This document shows, piece by piece, positions 62,749-64,000 of a DNA stretch of 64,000 bases (positions are counted from its first letter, which is position 1; each line of letters opens with the position of its first letter). This stretch comes from a virus: positions 24,620-88,619 of the IMG/VR virus record IMGVR_UViG_3300044946_000048; one strand, 5' to 3'. Below the pieces are notes generated by a model. The model searched no databases and had not been told where the DNA came from. It was given only the letters and a program-made list of their open reading frames with translations. Position numbers and translations under genes: made by a program.

Positions 62749-63001
62749 GAATGCCGTTCGCAAGTCGAACGTATTCTATGTGTCCAGCGAGGCAGAGCCG
62801 ACGAAGACGTACATGGTGGTTAGGGCACTAACTGGTGCATTTTTCTGCCAATGCTCCGACTTCTTTGGACGTAGACTTCCTAACATGAAACAAATCGGCC
62901 CCTTTACGTACATGAGCTACTGCAAGCACATAAACTTTGTGATTGACGTGGAAAGCAACACGCCTGCTGGCACTCGTGTCACCTCGGCGGTGCGTGGATG
63001 A
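62726..63001 (+). CDS. SWIM zinc-finger protein
   Basis: V.S......Y.V...CQCSDF...CKHI. Confidence 0.7.
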   Translation: MMKLTVPKNAVRKSNVFYVSSEAEPTKTYMVVRALTGAFFCQCSDFFGRRLPNMKQIGPFTYMSYCKHINFVIDVESNTPAGTRVTSAVRG

Positions 63002-63462
63002 GCACATTTACTGCACAATTGATCCTGCTCAATCTTAGGCTCAAGATTGAGAGGCTTGAAAAGCAAGTCGCCGCGCTCAACGCACGACTCAATGAATACA
63101 CGTTCCCGAATCCTGACGAGGACTCGTCTTGTACGTTTCACTCTGAGCCTGAGCCATCTCCGAGCGAAAAGCTTCAGGATGAGCTAGAGCCGCTACCAGA
63201 AACATACGGAAAGCTGCACGTCGGATGAAGTGCCCATACTGCCAAGCGACGATGGACTATCTCGACCACGGAAAATGCCCGGATTGTAATAAACATTGTG
63301 GTTGCTCTTTCAGCCCTTCGAGCATGAGTGATTATTGCGGTACACATAGGCCGCGTGCCGCGAACGCGGAATTCTGCGTGCACTGCGGTGCTGGCATCGG
63401 AAAGTTCAGACGCGAGGGCGAAGGCACGTGCCCGAAATGCAATCCTGAAGGAGTGAAGAAAA

Positions 63463-63798
63463 ATGAAGCTTTGGCTGGACGACATCAGAAACCCCGTTGA
63501 ACGAGGGTTCATCGGCTGGACGTGGGCGAAGACTGCGGAAGAGGCTATCAATCTATTACGCTCGGGCGAAGTAACACGGGCGTCCCTGGACCATGACCTG
63601 ACGCAAGACCAAATGATTAAGGGTGGATTCCTCGGTCAGGTTCACGAGGATGGACAACGCTCAGGATACGATGTTGTGATGTGGCTCGAACAGCACCCGG
63701 AATACTGGCCTCCGGACGGTGTTGCAGTGCACTCCGCAAACCCGGCTGGAGCAAGTAGAATGCGACAAGTGATTAATAGGCATTACAACAATCAATAA
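63463..63798 (+). CDS. cyclic-phosphate-processing receiver-domain protein
   Basis: LWLDDIR.P, SLDHDL, GYD...W, HSANP.G motifs. Confidence 0.8.
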   Translation: MKLWLDDIRNPVERGFIGWTWAKTAEEAINLLRSGEVTRASLDHDLTQDQMIKGGFLGQVHEDGQRSGYDVVMWLEQHPEYWPPDGVAVHSANPAGASRMRQVINRHYNNQ

Positions 63799-64000
63799 AC
63801 AGTTGATTATCAGGAGGAACAATGCCAAGTGCAGGATTGCCGATAGAAAATCTGATGACATTCGAAAACGACGAAGAAAACCGAAAGCTGGCTTTGAGGT
63901 TCGAGACGGATGCCAAACATGCTCTTAAATTGGGAATGTTTACGGAGTGGCTAGAGTCTTTCGTGGGAGCCTGGAATGCTACGAAAGACCCTATACAAGC

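Overview
This window is part of a large dsDNA tailed-phage genome read in the standard genetic code; no structural or terminase genes are visible in it. Bases 1-6630 are transcribed on the minus strand as an RNA-rich polycistron. It holds 28 tRNAs, an apparently reduced RNase P RNA cut off at base 1, two Y RNA-like genes, three kissing-loop elements, CCA-ended tRNA mimics and HNH endonuclease insertions. A repeat-rich noncoding region at about 6630-7690 marks the strand switch. The plus strand then carries small early genes and a replication and nucleotide-metabolism block: dNMP kinase, HD hydrolase, DnaQ-like exonucleases, GroES, SSB, a two-frame cytosine methyltransferase, primase-polymerase, ThyX, class II RNR, family A DNA polymerase, annealing protein, UvrD helicase and a PD-(D/E)XK nuclease. 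A sigma70-type promoter at 39001 drives two more Y RNAs, a Ro60/TROVE protein and a 12 kb glycan-synthesis cluster. An endolysin, many small genes and a tyrosine integrase follow. The most unusual content is the RNase P, Ro60-Y RNA and tRNA-mimic set, and its coupling to the glycosylation cluster. All RNA structures were folded by eye and all protein calls come from motif recognition; no database searches were run.
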